Shown here in pieces: positions 15,231-28,851 of a stretch of 64,000 nt of DNA. This DNA comes from Eledone cirrhosa (Eukaryota): positions 107,012,001 through 107,076,000 of the forward strand of contig OZ024741.1 of assembly GCA_964016885.1 (NCBI GenBank), in the 5' to 3' direction. Each line of letters starts with the position of its first letter. Within the stretch, counting starts at the first letter, position 1. The notes beneath the pieces are model-generated. The model had not been told where the DNA came from, searched no databases, and was given only the letters and a program-made list of their open reading frames with translations. Both the position numbers and the translations under genes were made by a program.

Positions 15231-15755
15231 ACGTATACACACAAGCATGAACATAGGTTCACACAAATGCATCCAAATGTAACGACCATGATAGAACCTT
15301 CCGTCAAGAAAGATGTATAAGCTGTTAGTAAAAAAAACCCAGAGAACCACTCAATGAATTAGCGTGCTGTGTGGCTGATTAGTCTTATACTTATGTGGAA
15401 GGAATATGACACAGTGTTTTTATATGGCAATACTTTGATATACTAATGCAGTCCAGCCGACGAGCTACTATAATGCTATCTCTACTCAACATTACTATAA
15501 AGCTGGTTAAGTGATTCTTGTCCAAGATGAAGCCTGTGCCTCATTATTTGTAAGTGAACCACATCAAAAGACTTCAAAAATAAGTTTCATGTGATATAAT
15601 TTTCATAGTCGTATTCCATGATCGGATATTTTACGTTTATATTGATTTCGCTTGTAGTGTATGTATATATATATATATATATACATTATGAAGAGAGAAG
15701 AAACATTTAGATATAATTAGTAATAAAATGTATCATACCCAAACTGCTCCTAGAT

Positions 15756-15845
15756 TCCTCGACTACGTAGTTTCGTGGTATAAACAAAAACAATACATCA
15801 TAAAGATATAGAGTCCTTGCGAGGTCTGCCGACTTATCAAGAGGA
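15756..15845 (-). ncRNA. Type-I hammerhead ribozyme, U3-A8 variant, long loop II
   Basis: ucCUC-UUGAUAA-gu...ac-GAAAC-UACGUA-GUC-GAGga. Confidence 0.65.
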
Positions 15846-16346
15846 TACCTCATTTTACTAGTCTCAAGAACGCGTCTACACGACGTGAGAAAGAATCCCA
15901 AAAGGCGGAGGGGGAGACAGTCACGCGATATAACGGTCGAGAAACAGAGCTAAGCCTCTTATAACCCCGAAGAAAATACCACGGAGGCGGAGGGGGTATT
16001 TATATCGAAGCCGTAGAAGAGGTGGTGAAGGAGGAGAGAAGTATGAGTAATGGAAGCTTTCCAGCAGTCCCCACACTTCAAAGATTGCTCGACCAGAGGG
16101 AGTTATTAACAATATATTTAGAAACACACAGATACATGCGGACACACACATATACATGAATGCATCCGCACCCAACCGTGAGTTAAGGGTGCCAACTTCA
16201 CCGATGTTGCTCAATGAATGACTGGGACAGACCAATCCGGTTGAACTAGACTGAACCAGTATCAGAGTTAAAAATACATTATGAAGAGAAGAAACATTTA
16301 GATATAATTAGTAATAAAATGTATCATACCCAAACTGCTCCTAGAT

Positions 16347-16436
16347 TCCTCGACTACGTAGTTTCGTGGCATAAACAAAAACAATACATCATAAAGATAT
16401 AGAGTCCTTGCGAGGTCTGCCGACTTATCAAGAGGA
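16347..16436 (-). ncRNA. Type-I hammerhead ribozyme, second tandem copy
   Basis: Same motif as 15756-15845. Confidence 0.65.
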
Positions 16437-16610
16437 TACCTCATTTTACTAGTCTCAAGAACGCGTCTACAATGTATTTTTAACTCTGATACTGGTTCAG
16501 TCTAGTTCAACCGGATTGGTCTGTCCCAGTCATTCATTGAGCAACATCGGTGAAATTGGCACCCTTAACTCACGGTTGGGTGCGGATGCATTCATGTATC
16601 TGTGTGTTTC

Positions 16611-16693
<83 letters not shown>

Positions 16694-16828
16694 GTATATG
16701 TATATATATGTGTCTGTGTGTGTAGGTGTGTGTGTGTGTGTCCTCTTCGTATTGACTTTGTTATAGTTACTTCATCTTACGAAAACGAAGTATACACACA
16801 CATCTTTATATATATTTAGAGAGAGAAA

Positions 16829-16866
<38 letters not shown>

Positions 16867-16867
16867 A

Positions 16868-16912
<45 letters not shown>

Positions 16913-16944
16913 AGGGAGAGAGAGAGAGAAAGAGAGAGAAAGAG

Positions 16945-17840
16945 AGATAGAAATGTTTTCTATGAGACTAGAACTGTTTCATCAGGAAGGTCAGACAAAA
17001 TTGGTCGGTATCGTAATTTATAATTTCTCTGGGATGGATGTTGAGAGGGGTAAAATGTTGATAGAAGGGAGGCAGAGAAGATAATTGTTTCTACTTTTGG
17101 CGCAAGGCCAGCAATTATCCCAGTGCATTACTGGTACTTTATTCTATCGACCCTGTAAGGATGAAAGGCAAAGTTAACCTCGGCGGGATTTGAACTCAGA
17201 CCATAAAAGGCTGTAACTCTTTGCTGCAAAGCATGGCGTCCGACCCTCTAGCGATACTGCCAATCCATCAGAGAAGATGATGGAGCGATAGTGTAGTAGG
17301 TGAAGATGATAGAGTTAAGGTGTAGTAGGCAGAGAGGGGGAAAAGACGAGGAAGAGGGAGTAAGAGAGAGAGGGGGAAGTAGGAAGAATAGAAGAAAAGA
17401 AATAAGTAGTGGGCAAGGGAGAGCGAGGGGATGAATATAAAGGGAAAGGGATTGTGAGGTGGGGGGCTTTATTTAAAAAAAAACCCTTTTGTTTTGTAGT
17501 TTACGGAGAAAATATGCATGGCAACAATCCTAAATGTTTTTTAGTTAACTACAAAACAAAAGGTTTTTAAAACAAACCCCCATCACTCTCCTCCTCCTCC
17601 TCTTTCACCCCCTCCTCTTTTTCTTCTTTTTCCTCCCCCTTTTCTCCCTCCACCTGCTACAATTTCATTCTATCATCTTCTACATCACCTTCTCCTCACC
17701 AGCCTTCCTTCTCCAATACTAGTCTAAACACTTATTTCAAAGAAATTACATAAGGACACCGACCAATTTTGTCTGAATTTCTTCATCAGTTTACACAATT
17801 GAATCAGTTCTAGTCCTGTAAAAGTCATTTCTATATAGAA
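16945..17840. mobile_element. Old ~890-bp fold-back element with decayed HHR-family ends; SINE inserted in the left arm
   Basis: gactagaactg..cagacaaaattggtcggt pairs with accgaccaattttgtctg..cagttctagtc; ends related to 43621-43671. Confidence 0.7.
17083..17268 (-). mobile_element. Main-family SINE with TSD cagagaagat
   Basis: Family match; flanking direct repeat. Confidence 0.85.
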
Positions 17841-17950
17841 TAAAGATGTGTATACCCTACCAACGTAGTGAGTACCATTTTAAACTGAGCTCACCCCCAA
17901 TAGCTATTGTGAATCCACCTATTATATATATATAAGCAGTGTGTAATAAT

Positions 17951-18140
17951 AATTGTTTCTACTTTTGGCACAAGGCCAGCAAATACCCAATACATTACTG
18001 GTACTTTATTTTATCGACCCCATAAGGATGAAAGGCAAAGTTAACCTCTGCGGGATTTGAACTCAGAATGGCAAGGGTTGTAACTCTATGCGTCAAAGCA
18101 TGGTGTCCGACCCTCTACCGATACTGCCAATCCACCGCCA
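17951..18140 (-). mobile_element. Main-family SINE with TSD cagtgtgtaa
   Basis: Family match; flanking direct repeat. Confidence 0.85.
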
Positions 18141-18154
18141 TCAGTGTGTAAAAG

Positions 18155-18375
18155 TAATAAGTATGGATGAGGTGTCAAATATTCATTAATTTTATTCAGG
18201 TTTGACGCGCGTTTCGCGAGTGATCAGCTCAAAGTTCGATCTCTATCGATCGGCGCCGTCTCTGTAATCAAAAGCTCATCAGACTTTTGTTAGATTAATG
18301 ACGGTATGATTCCTGAAACGCGCGTCACATCTTGATAAACTTAATGAATATTTGACACCTCGTCCAGACTTATTA
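18155..18375. mobile_element. Fold-back pLTR-like island with HHR motifs on both strands
   Basis: ~60-bp inverted arms ending in gaaacgcgcgtc; minus strand CUGAUGA-gc...gc-GAAAC-GCGC-GUC at ~18201-18285, with a weak stem I. Confidence 0.65.
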
Positions 18376-18380
18376 TATAT

Positions 18381-18495
<115 letters not shown>

Positions 18496-18856
18496 GTGTG
18501 TGGGGGTGGGGTGGTGAATTTCGTACATCTAAGGAGATATAGTGAAAGGTTAATAAATAAACATTTTGAAATCCAAGCCTCAGCTATGAATTGAAGGTTG
18601 ACGTCCAGCACCATCTAGCGGAATCCAACAGAAGCAAGGGGGATAATTGTCTATGCATTTCGAACTTAAATGGGTCTCAGCAGGACAATGCTTCCCTCTG
18701 GTATGTATACAGCTATTTCGAAGCTGAATTTTAATTCTAAGTTGAACCAACTCATGCAGCTTCGTATGCAAATGAGGCTAATCAGCCCACCTACAGAGGC
18801 AAAAAAAAACTATATATTTTCTCAAAGTCCAACAGTAGAAGCTAAATTTTAATTAC

Positions 18857-18903
<47 letters not shown>

Positions 18904-19817
18904 TGTATGTATGTATGTATGTATGTATGTATGTATGTATGTATGTATGTATGTATGTATGTATGTCAGGTCACTCTTGAGTGCTACTGGTAACATGTAA
19001 CCCAGTACAACCTGTCGCATGGTCGGGTCGTCGGCGACTAAACCGGCAGCCCACCAAGTTTATTTGGTGAGGAGGGTGATTTTGGACACCCTGTAGGACA
19101 AAAAACAAAACCTGACAAAGGGCGGAAGAACTCATAAGAGTCAACGGCCATCCAAAAGTGTGTAAATATGTATATGCACATGTACATATGTATGTATATG
19201 TGTATACACATGGGTGCATGTGTATGTATATCCGCGGGAACATAGAAATAGTCGGGCTGGACACCTGATCGCGCGGTTAATCCACTGGGAGTGAAGGACC
19301 CCTAGCCTTTGTCGGGGCATTCTTCTATGACAGGGGTCGGGAACCTTTTGGAGAGAGAGGGCCAAACAGCTATGCAGTGTCATGGAGGATGGCCATGTTA
19401 TTAAATATGTAAATAAATTTTCTGGAGGTTTAAAGCAAAACAAGGAATTTAATATAATTTAATATATTTTACTGCAGGAATAACAAAAAAAAAAAAAAAC
19501 TACAAACACATTCAACAAAAAGAAAAAGCAAATTTCTTATTTTACTGCAGGAATAACAGAAAAACAACTACTATCACAATAAAAAAAAAAGCAAATTCCT
19601 TGCTACAAACGAAATACAGTTAGAAATGGTAAATGATTTAATGAGACACTTGTTTCTGCTTATTGTGCGATAACTTCTCCACATCAGGTGAAATATTTGT
19701 CGATGACAGGCGCAAAACATCATCAGGTGGTCGTCACGCAACCTTGTCCTTAAATGAATTTTAGTGTATTTCATTTTGGAAAAAAGTTGTTCACAAGCAT
19801 ATGTACTTCCAAATAAT

Positions 19818-20003
19818 TGTTTCTACGTTAGGCACAAGGCCAGCAAATACCCAGTGCATTACTGGTACTTTATTTTATCGACCCCGTAAGGATGAAAGGC
19901 AAAGTTAACCTCGGCGGGATTTGAACTCAGAATGGCAAGGACCGTAACTCTATACGTCAAAGCATGGGTCCGACCCTCTCCCAATACTGCCAATCCACCG
20001 CCC
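19818..20003 (-). mobile_element. SINE nested in the hAT element, 18-bp TSD tatgtacttccaaataat
   Basis: TSD at 19800-19817 and 20004-20021. Confidence 0.92.
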
Positions 20004-21187
20004 TATGTACTTCCAAATAATGATATCAGTTTCGCATTGGCAATATATATTTCTTGTAGAAGTCAGCAGTGGATTCGAACTGAAATTTCGATTTCAAAGA
20101 TTCGTCGCACTGTAAGTCAATTAACTCCAACTGATATTCTTCTGCCACATCTGTTTCGTAAGGAGTACCGAATAACTTAAATAGAGTTCCATACTGCCGG
20201 AAGTCAGCAAAACGAGAGGAAAACTCGCTTCTCAAATCCTTAATAGAGCTCACAAAGATGTCTAGTATTATATCTCTCTTGTGATTTTGGAGACTTGGGA
20301 AATGGGAGTAGTTTCCTTTTTGAAGTTGTGATTCCCACAGTCGAAGTTTTCTCTCAAAAGCAGTAATTTGACCAAACATCTCAAATACAACCTTATTCTT
20401 TCCTTGAAGCTCTAGATTCAGTGTTCATGTGGGTCGTGATGTCCACTGAAAAAGCTAACTTGACAACCCACTGTGGATCCTGAAAGTAAGAATTATCTTG
20501 GTCTTTGCTCTCTAAAAACATAGAATTCTCTTCTCTCAATGCATATACTCGTTCTATCTTTTTTCCGCGGTTAAGCCATCGAACATTTGAAAAATATGTA
20601 AGGTCGCCATACTCTGCTTCAATTTGTTTTAGAAATTTTTGAAACTGGCGGTGATTTAGTCTTCTTGACAGTATAAAATTCACTGTTTTCACGACCACTG
20701 CCATGATGTCCTTAAAATTCAGTGACTTTGCACATAATGCTTCTTGATGAATAATGCAATTAAGTTTGATTAGTTTTTTTATCAATACCGATGTGGTTTT
20801 GGAGCAATGCAACAAACCCCTTTTTCTCTCCAACCATTGCTGGTGCTCCATCTGTGATTACTCCAGAAAGCTTTGATAAATCCAGATTCATTTCGGTAAT
20901 CTATTTTATTATGCTTTCCAAAATATCTGCTCCAGTCCTTCATAGGAATCAATTGTACAAATTCTTCCACAATATCAAATGTTGGTGTTATACCCCTCAC
21001 AAACACTGCAAGTTTACAAGTATCCTTCATATCTTTGGTTTCATCGATAGCAATGGAATAATACTCCAGATTATTTAAAATTATTTGACTGGAACAAAAA
21101 CACATACATGACATCACAGGAAATAATAATACAAGTAATATAGTGCTTGGCGGAAAGCCCAGAAAAAGATGGATAAGAGGAAATAAT

Positions 21188-21357
21188 TGTTTCTGCTTAT
21201 GGCACAAGGCCAGCAAATACCCAGTGCATTACTGGTACTTTATTTTATCGACCTCGTAAGGATGAAAGGCAAAGATAACCTCGGCAGGATTTGAACTCAG
21301 TCCGTAAAGGGACGTAACTGTGCTGCAAAGCATGGCGTCCGACCCTCTACCGATACT
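21188..21357 (-). mobile_element. SINE nested in the hAT element, TSD gaggaaataat
   Basis: TSD at 21177-21187 and 21358-21368. Confidence 0.9.
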
Positions 21358-22159
21358 GAGGAAATAATAATAAATGGAAAATATGATAAGGTTACAAAGG
21401 TATCTGTAAATATATACGGTATGAGTAGCGATTTGTGATGGGCATCAGGTCGGCACAAACTTGAAGTGAACTACTTGAAGTGAACTACTGGATACTAATT
21501 AGATAATTAGTGTCCAGTGTAAGATGGCGGGCCGGACAAAAATCACTGGAGGGCCGGATGTGGCTCGCGGGCCGGGGGTTGCCGACCCCTGTTCTAGGAG
21601 AAGGCAACTCAGGAAACTGGGATAACTCCGATATAAAACCTGCGGCTCAGTAGTTACCGATGATGTTAATCTTTCCTTCTTTTCGGGTTATAGCTACTGT
21701 AACTCAGAGAGTGGGATTGGCTCAGTGCACAGTCTTTCCTCACTTTAAAAAATATCTTCACGCACAGGCATTGCACGATAGAATTAATTAATAATTATTA
21801 ATAATGGTATATCATGCAATGCCCATATTCGATAACGAGGGGGCAGCCATCATCATGTATGTATGTATGTATGTATGTATGTATGTATGTATGTATGTAT
21901 GTATGTATGTATGTATGTATGTATGTATGCCAGTTATATGTGTTAATGTATGTATGTATATATATATAATATATATAAAATAATATATGTGTATGTTTGA
22001 GAGTATGAGAATGGGTGTCTCTCATTTACCCTCCCAACGTTCACTTCTGTTGCAATCACTTCGGTGGAGATTCTTTATTGTTGTTGTTCTTGTTGTCATT
22101 GTTGTTCTTCTTCCTCCACGATGGCGACGACGACGACCACTACCACTACCACCACTACT

Positions 22160-22265
<106 letters not shown>

Positions 22266-22694
22266 ACTCTTCCTCTACCTTCACCTCCTTGCTGTTGACA
22301 GCAACATATAATAAAATAAGATAAATTGTAAAAGAAGAAAAAACAAATATAAAAAATGAAAATGCAAAAACAAAACAAAAGAAATATTAACATGAAAACA
22401 AAGAGAGAGAAAAAGAGCGATGGCAAGGGAGACAACAAGATAAGACCATCGAATGTCTTATAGCCGGAGGTGTTGATGGTGTTAAGATGGAAAAAATAGC
22501 AGGTAGGGACGCTGTAGAAAGGTTACGATTTGGCAGAGTATTCAGAGTATTAGATAAGAATGCCTTGAAGTGAGTTCTAATTTCGACGACTTAGTCAACT
22601 TTACATTTTATCATTTCGGGGTTGTTAAATAATATTTCTGTTATATCCTGGAGTAAATTTTCATTTTCATTCTCTCCCTCTCTTTCTTTCTTAG

Positions 22695-22762
<68 letters not shown>

Positions 22763-22827
22763 CCTTATAAGGAGGTAAAAATTCAACGAAGATCAAGATG
22801 TTAGTCAAATTGTATAATCGAAGGTGC

Positions 22828-22862
<35 letters not shown>

Positions 22863-22892
22863 TATAATACATATATATATATATATAATGTA

Positions 22893-23070
22893 ATTGTTTC
22901 TACTCTTGGCACAAGGCCAGCAATTACCCAGTACATTACTGGTACTTTATTTTATCAACCCCGTAAGGATGAGAGGCAAAGTTAACCTCGACGGGATTTG
23001 AACTTAGACCGTAAAGGGACGTAACTATGTTGGAAAGCATGGCGTCCGACCCTCTACCGATACTGCCAAT
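22893..23070 (-). mobile_element. Main-family SINE
   Basis: Family match. Confidence 0.85.
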
Positions 23071-23763
23071 TCAAGAGTGAAGAATAATATGGTCGGCTGT
23101 ACAAAAAGGGTTTATTTACAGCATTAACAATTGTTTCATTAATCAGGTGAGTCTAAACGATACTTTGTTTTCCTATAGTATATTATATATATATGTAATA
23201 TAATTGCACACGGCCAGCAATTTTTGGGGAAGGGAAAGTCGTTTAAATTGATTCCAGTGTGTTACTGGTGCCTTGTTGTATTGACCCCGTAAAGGGCCGT
23301 AACTCTCTGCCGTGAGCCTACACAACAAATTGCTGACCTTGTGCCTAAAGTAGGAACAAATAATATAAAATAATATAATATACATGCACCTTCGATTATA
23401 GAATTTGGCTAACATCTCGGTCTTCATTGGATTTTTACCTCATCACACACACACAAACACACACACACATAGATGTATATATATATATAGAGAGAGGGGG
23501 TGGAGAGACACACACAAACATCACAAACATCAACACACATACACGTTTATACTTACATATCCACATACATGTATTGGCACATGTGAACACACGTTAGCTT
23601 TTAATATTTAATCACCGAGGAAGGACATTTGCCATGGCTCTTTATAGAGCTTCAAAACGCTGGTGAGATATGAGGGTGAAGAGTATTCTCAAAACAGAAA
23701 CCAGGGCAGAATTCTTGCAACAAACTGGAATCTGCTAAAGTCACACAGGTAAAAGTTGGCAGT

Positions 23764-24268
23764 GTTAAACTGGGTGACAGATTAAGTCTACCACCCGAGA
23801 AGCATGTGGTGATTTTAAACTAGGTGGCAGATTAAGTATACTACCCAACACCCAGGTGATGGTGCTAAACTGAATAACAGATTAAGTCTACCACCCAAGG
23901 ACCAGGTAGTGATGTTAAACTAGATGACGGATTAAGTCTGCCACCCAAGTGGTTTTGATCTTAAAATAGGGGACAGATTAAGTCTACCATTCAAGGATTA
24001 GGTAGAGGTGTTAAACTGGGTGATGGATTAAGTCTACCACCCAAGTGGCTTTAATGTTAAACTGGATGACAGATTAATTCTACCATTCAAGGATCATGTG
24101 GTGATCTTGAACTAAGTGTCAAATTAAGTTTACCACCCAAGAACCAGTTAAACTGGATGACAGATTAATTCTACCATTCAAGGATCATGTGGTGATCTTG
24201 AACTAAGTGTCAAATTAAGTTTACCACCCAAGAACCAGTTAAACTGGATGACAGATTAAGTCTACTAC
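23764..24268. repeat. Minisatellite, ~11 units of 41-50 bp
   Basis: Core ttaaactggrtgacagattaagtctaccacccaag; includes a recent ~91-bp perfect duplication. Confidence 0.9.
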
Positions 24269-24378
24269 ATAAAAAACCACGGTAGAATCTGAGCTCAGAT
24301 TGCAAAAAGCGTGAATACTGCACTATATTAAGATATCGTTCGAAGCTGCTGCTTCTGCTGCTGTTGCTGCTGCTACTG

Positions 24379-24435
<57 letters not shown>

Positions 24436-24638
24436 TGAGGACGACCACTACAGCCACCAGCACCATGGTCACAACAGTGAACATGATGATGATAACGATA
24501 ATGATAATGATGATGATGCGGAGGAGGAGGAGGGCTGAAGGAGCAGAAGCTAGAGGTAAGTCTGGCATTGCCCTGCATCTAAATGAATAAATTCGCATCA
24601 ATATGACAGTTGGCTGGATTGGTGGAGAGGACCTGTAT

Positions 24639-24716
<78 letters not shown>

Positions 24717-24821
24717 CGTGTGTGTGTGTGTGTGGAAATAGATAGATAAATCAAGAGAGGGATGGAGAGATAGATAGAGAGGGGAGACCGAGGGACAGTG
24801 AGTTAGAGAGAGGTAGAGAGA

Positions 24822-24858
<37 letters not shown>

Positions 24859-25173
24859 TGAAAAAGCAAGTTAGAGAGAGAGAGAGAGAGAGAAAGAGAA
24901 AAGACGGTCAAATGAGATGTTGTGATAAGGAGCCATCTGCAGTCCCTGTTTCAGGCAATATAGATTTACTGATAGGCTGAAGTAGGTAGTGAAAGTGTGA
25001 GTGACAGAGAGAGATAGTGAGGGAGGGAGGGAGGACGAGAGTGGCTTAGACAATAACATGGGGAGAGAAAGTGAGAGAGAGTGAGTGATAGTGAGAATGA
25101 GTGCAAGTGTGATGGAGAGATGTATATACGTGTATACATACATACATAATACATACATACATACATACATACA

Positions 25174-25209
<36 letters not shown>

Positions 25210-25210
25210 T

Positions 25211-25968
25211 ACCACAATGTTCAATTTGTCAAGCTATTTAAACGTATGTTATTACTCTAAGGACCTACCCTTATTGAGTGCTTTGCTAACTCATTCATAT
25301 TGTAGGTCGAATTTGCTTGCCCACAGCCAAAGATTCGATTTTACTAAGCCTCCACTTATATTATTTTCTCCTAGATTTAATAATTAACTAATTAATTTAA
25401 TTAGACAATTCTGTTGATTGGTTAATTATTTGTGTTTGTTTAATAACATCTGGTTGAGAGCTTTATTCTGAATGTTAGCGGAAATTATAATATTTCCTTT
25501 GTCTAACACTTTGAATCGACCCGCCAAAAACCGGAGTTATTTCCCTTATTAGAAATAACACGTGACAACTAAATGTTCGATTCGCTTGCTGTTAGCAGCA
25601 CCATTTATTGTTCGCCCCGTTCTTTGGTAGATCGAAATCCCTGTTGATGAAATGAGTCCTCTGTTCGATCATGAATACCACGAGCTTGCCAGTTACGTAA
25701 GTCTGATATTTGATTTCGGATTCATAGAAACACTTTAAACGTATAACCTTTAATTTGTCCAGGTGTATCTTTTTTAACCTGTTAGTTCTTTCGTTACTTT
25801 GGTATTGTGTGTTAGATTTTGCTTACCACAATGTTCAATTTGTCAAGCTATTTAAACGTACATTGTTACTCTAAGGACCTGCCCTTATCGAGTGCTTTGC
25901 TAACTCATTCATATTGTAGGTCGAATTTGCTTGCCCACAGCCAAAGATTCGATTTTACTAAGCCTCCA

Positions 25969-25974
<6 letters not shown>
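25211..25974. mobile_element. Non-coding element with ~150-bp terminal direct repeats (period 614), microsatellite-flanked
   Basis: accacaatgttcaatttg...aagcctccacttata at 25211 and 25825; HHR-like ctaagga-cctac...gtagg-tcgaa. Confidence 0.7.
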
Positions 25975-26041
<67 letters not shown>

Positions 26042-26081
26042 GTATATATATGTATATATATATATATGTGTGTATATACGA

Positions 26082-26173
<92 letters not shown>

Positions 26174-26178
26174 GTATA

Positions 26179-26217
<39 letters not shown>

Positions 26218-26225
26218 ATATACGA

Positions 26226-26314
<89 letters not shown>

Positions 26315-26436
26315 TATGTGTGCGTGTGCATGAAATTGCAAATGAGGTTATCCCAAATATAGAATATAACAGTAGTCGATCACTATAAATACTAGTTGGG
26401 ATAATCGGGTAACGTACATTTGGCGATGAAAAGAAG

Positions 26437-26504
<68 letters not shown>

Positions 26505-26532
26505 ATACGGATTTATCTCTACGTTTATTCTT

Positions 26533-26565
<33 letters not shown>

Positions 26566-26755
26566 TTATATATGAGTGTGTTTGTGTGTGTGTGTACGTG
26601 TTCATGTGTGTGGGGCGGTGTTATATTTGAAACATGATTTTACACCTGTATAATCATGTTCATTAAGGATTTCTTGTATTAATTCTTTATGCCTAGTTTG
26701 TGACTGTCGCCGTCCTAAATTTATGTGTGCATTAGTGTTTCGAAACCTATATATA

Positions 26756-28455
26756 CGAGGTACACTTAAGATGCTTTGAGACTTTTATCGGAGAGATATT
26801 TATTTAACTCAGATCAACACAAATATTTAATCTCCTTCAAAGTAGGATCCTCCAACTTCAATGAATTTGCAGTGCTTCAGCCACTTCTGGAAGGTACCCT
26901 TGTAGACCTCCAAAGCTTGACACAGTCTTCTTCATCTTCTCCGCATCCTCAAAGCGGATGCCCATGAGCTTCTCCTTCAGATTCTGGAACATCCAGATGT
27001 CACATGGGGCTAAGCCTGAACTGTAGGTGGGATGAGGGACAGTGTCCATCCCTATATCGGCCATGTAGTTGGTTACCAGGATGGATGTGTAGTAGGGTTT
27101 ATTGTGTTGGTGCAAGTGCCACTGACCAGACTTGAAGAGTTCTGGTCTCTTGCGATGAAATCTCTTTCTGAACTGCCTCGAAACCACTACATAGTACTTT
27201 TTGTTGACTGTCTGGCCGTGGGGGATCCAGTGGATGTATATGACGCCCTTGCTGTCGAAGAATGGGATCACAGAGAGCTTTCCAGTGAACCTGCTTTTCC
27301 TGGCCTTCTTGGGTCATGAAGAGTTAGTATGTTTCCACTGAGCAGTCTGTCTATTGGTCTCTGGATCATGACGGTAGACCCAGCTCTCGTCACAGTTTAG
27401 CAGAGACTCAAGGACATTTGATTTCGAATTGATCCACTCGACCAGATCCCTGCAGTTATCAACGCTCCTCTACCTTTGATCTTCATTGAGCACCTCGAGA
27501 ACAAAGTTTGCGCATTTTCCGATCGTCATGAATGACTCTGTACGTAGTGCCCTCAGCTCCTTCAAATTGTTTAGCACTCGTCAGAAGAGATGCATGACGC
27601 GCCTCGTTCAGAAATTTAAGAATTCTTTCTACAAACTTTGGCGAGATGAAGTTTTCTCCGAATTGAGAGATCACAGCTCCGATACTACAAGCATGTGGTT
27701 AGAATATCTCGGGAAAGATTTGCTCGGCAAATTTTACAGGCAAAAACCAACCGGCAGAAGCCCCGGGGATAGACCCGAGCAAGATGGTTGACTAAAATCC
27801 ATGATCTTGGCTGGTTTCGCTTGGAGATCTAGCCGGATCAGTTGGAAGTGTGTTTGAGGACTCTCCCTCCACGACTGTCTCAGGAATAAGTGGACGAAGA
27901 AGAAGAATAAAAAGAAAAAGAAAAAGAAAAAGAAAAAGAATAAGAAAAAGAAAAAGAAAAAGAAAAGGAAAAAGAAAAAGAAAAAGAAAAAGAAAAAGAA
28001 AAAGAAAAAAGAAAAAGATCATGAAGATCTTTGGCGTCCTGATGTCCCTCTCCCTGTCACACCTCTCCTCGCCCCTCACCTGTTCCCTGCCCTCCTGGAA
28101 CCTCTTGTGCCATTGGAAAACAGTTACCTGACTCATGAAAGTTAGTCCGTAAGCAGTTTTGATTGTTTCATAGGTTTTCTGTAGCATTTTTGCCGAGCTT
28201 GACACAAAACTATTAAATATCGATTCTCCAAGTTCTCCTCGCGTCCCAACAGCATTGTGGAACCAGTCAGTTGTGAGAAGATATGTATGTTGGGTAGTGT
28301 TTAAAGTGCTGTAGCGTCTCGAGCCTTCAGACTGGAAAAAAGAATTGGCATGTTAGCTTAATATAAGCATATTAAGGATATATTAAAGAGACAGTTACGT
28401 AGGTAAAGTAAAAGTGCATGAAAAGTAAGTCTCAGATCCTCTTGAGAGTTCCTCG
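26756..28455 (-). mobile_element. Mariner transposon with decayed transposase
   Basis: TA-flanked TIRs cgagg...tgagactt; peptides VFQWHKRFQEGRE, FFDSKGVIYIHWIP, PHPTYSSGLAPCD. Confidence 0.92.
27685..28020 (+). mobile_element. 5'-truncated RTE 3' end nested in the mariner element
   Basis: Homologous to 12450-12712; tail (GAA)n expanded to (GAAAAA)n. Confidence 0.8.
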
Positions 28456-28523
28456 TACATATATTTATACATATGTATGCATACATATATATATGCACAC
28501 TTACACATACACACACATATATA

Positions 28524-28584
<61 letters not shown>

Positions 28585-28745
28585 TGTAATATATATATAT
28601 ACATATATATACATATATATATATATATATTTATTATTACTACAAATTAAAGTTTAACCAAAGAATAGCTGCTTTCACCCTATTACGGGATCTTCTGAAA
28701 TTCCTTATCACATCCTCTTCGGATTTTGGTCTTCGTAATTATTAT

Positions 28746-28820
<75 letters not shown>

Positions 28821-28851
28821 ATGTACATATGTATATGTATATATATATAAG

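Larger units (their letters stand above)
15681..16620 (-). mobile_element. Non-coding Penelope-like/retrozyme-like element, layout A-B-C-A-inverted C, inside (TA)n
   Basis: ~200-bp direct repeats 591 bp apart; 16471-16620 is the reverse complement of ~16111-16281; each direct repeat contains an HHR. Confidence 0.8.
19331..21591 (-). mobile_element. hAT/Charlie DNA transposon with decayed transposase
   Basis: TIRs caggggtcgg/ccgacccctg; 8-bp TSD ttctatga/ttctagga; peptides SIAIDETKD..LAVFVRG, CIIHQEALC, VRWLNRGK, FGSTYACEQLFS. Confidence 0.93.

Noticed and set aside
23764-24268. CRISPR array (also considered for 1-699 and 56730-56970)
   Set aside because: Linkers are mutually similar or low-complexity, repeats are degenerate, no cas genes, eukaryotic context
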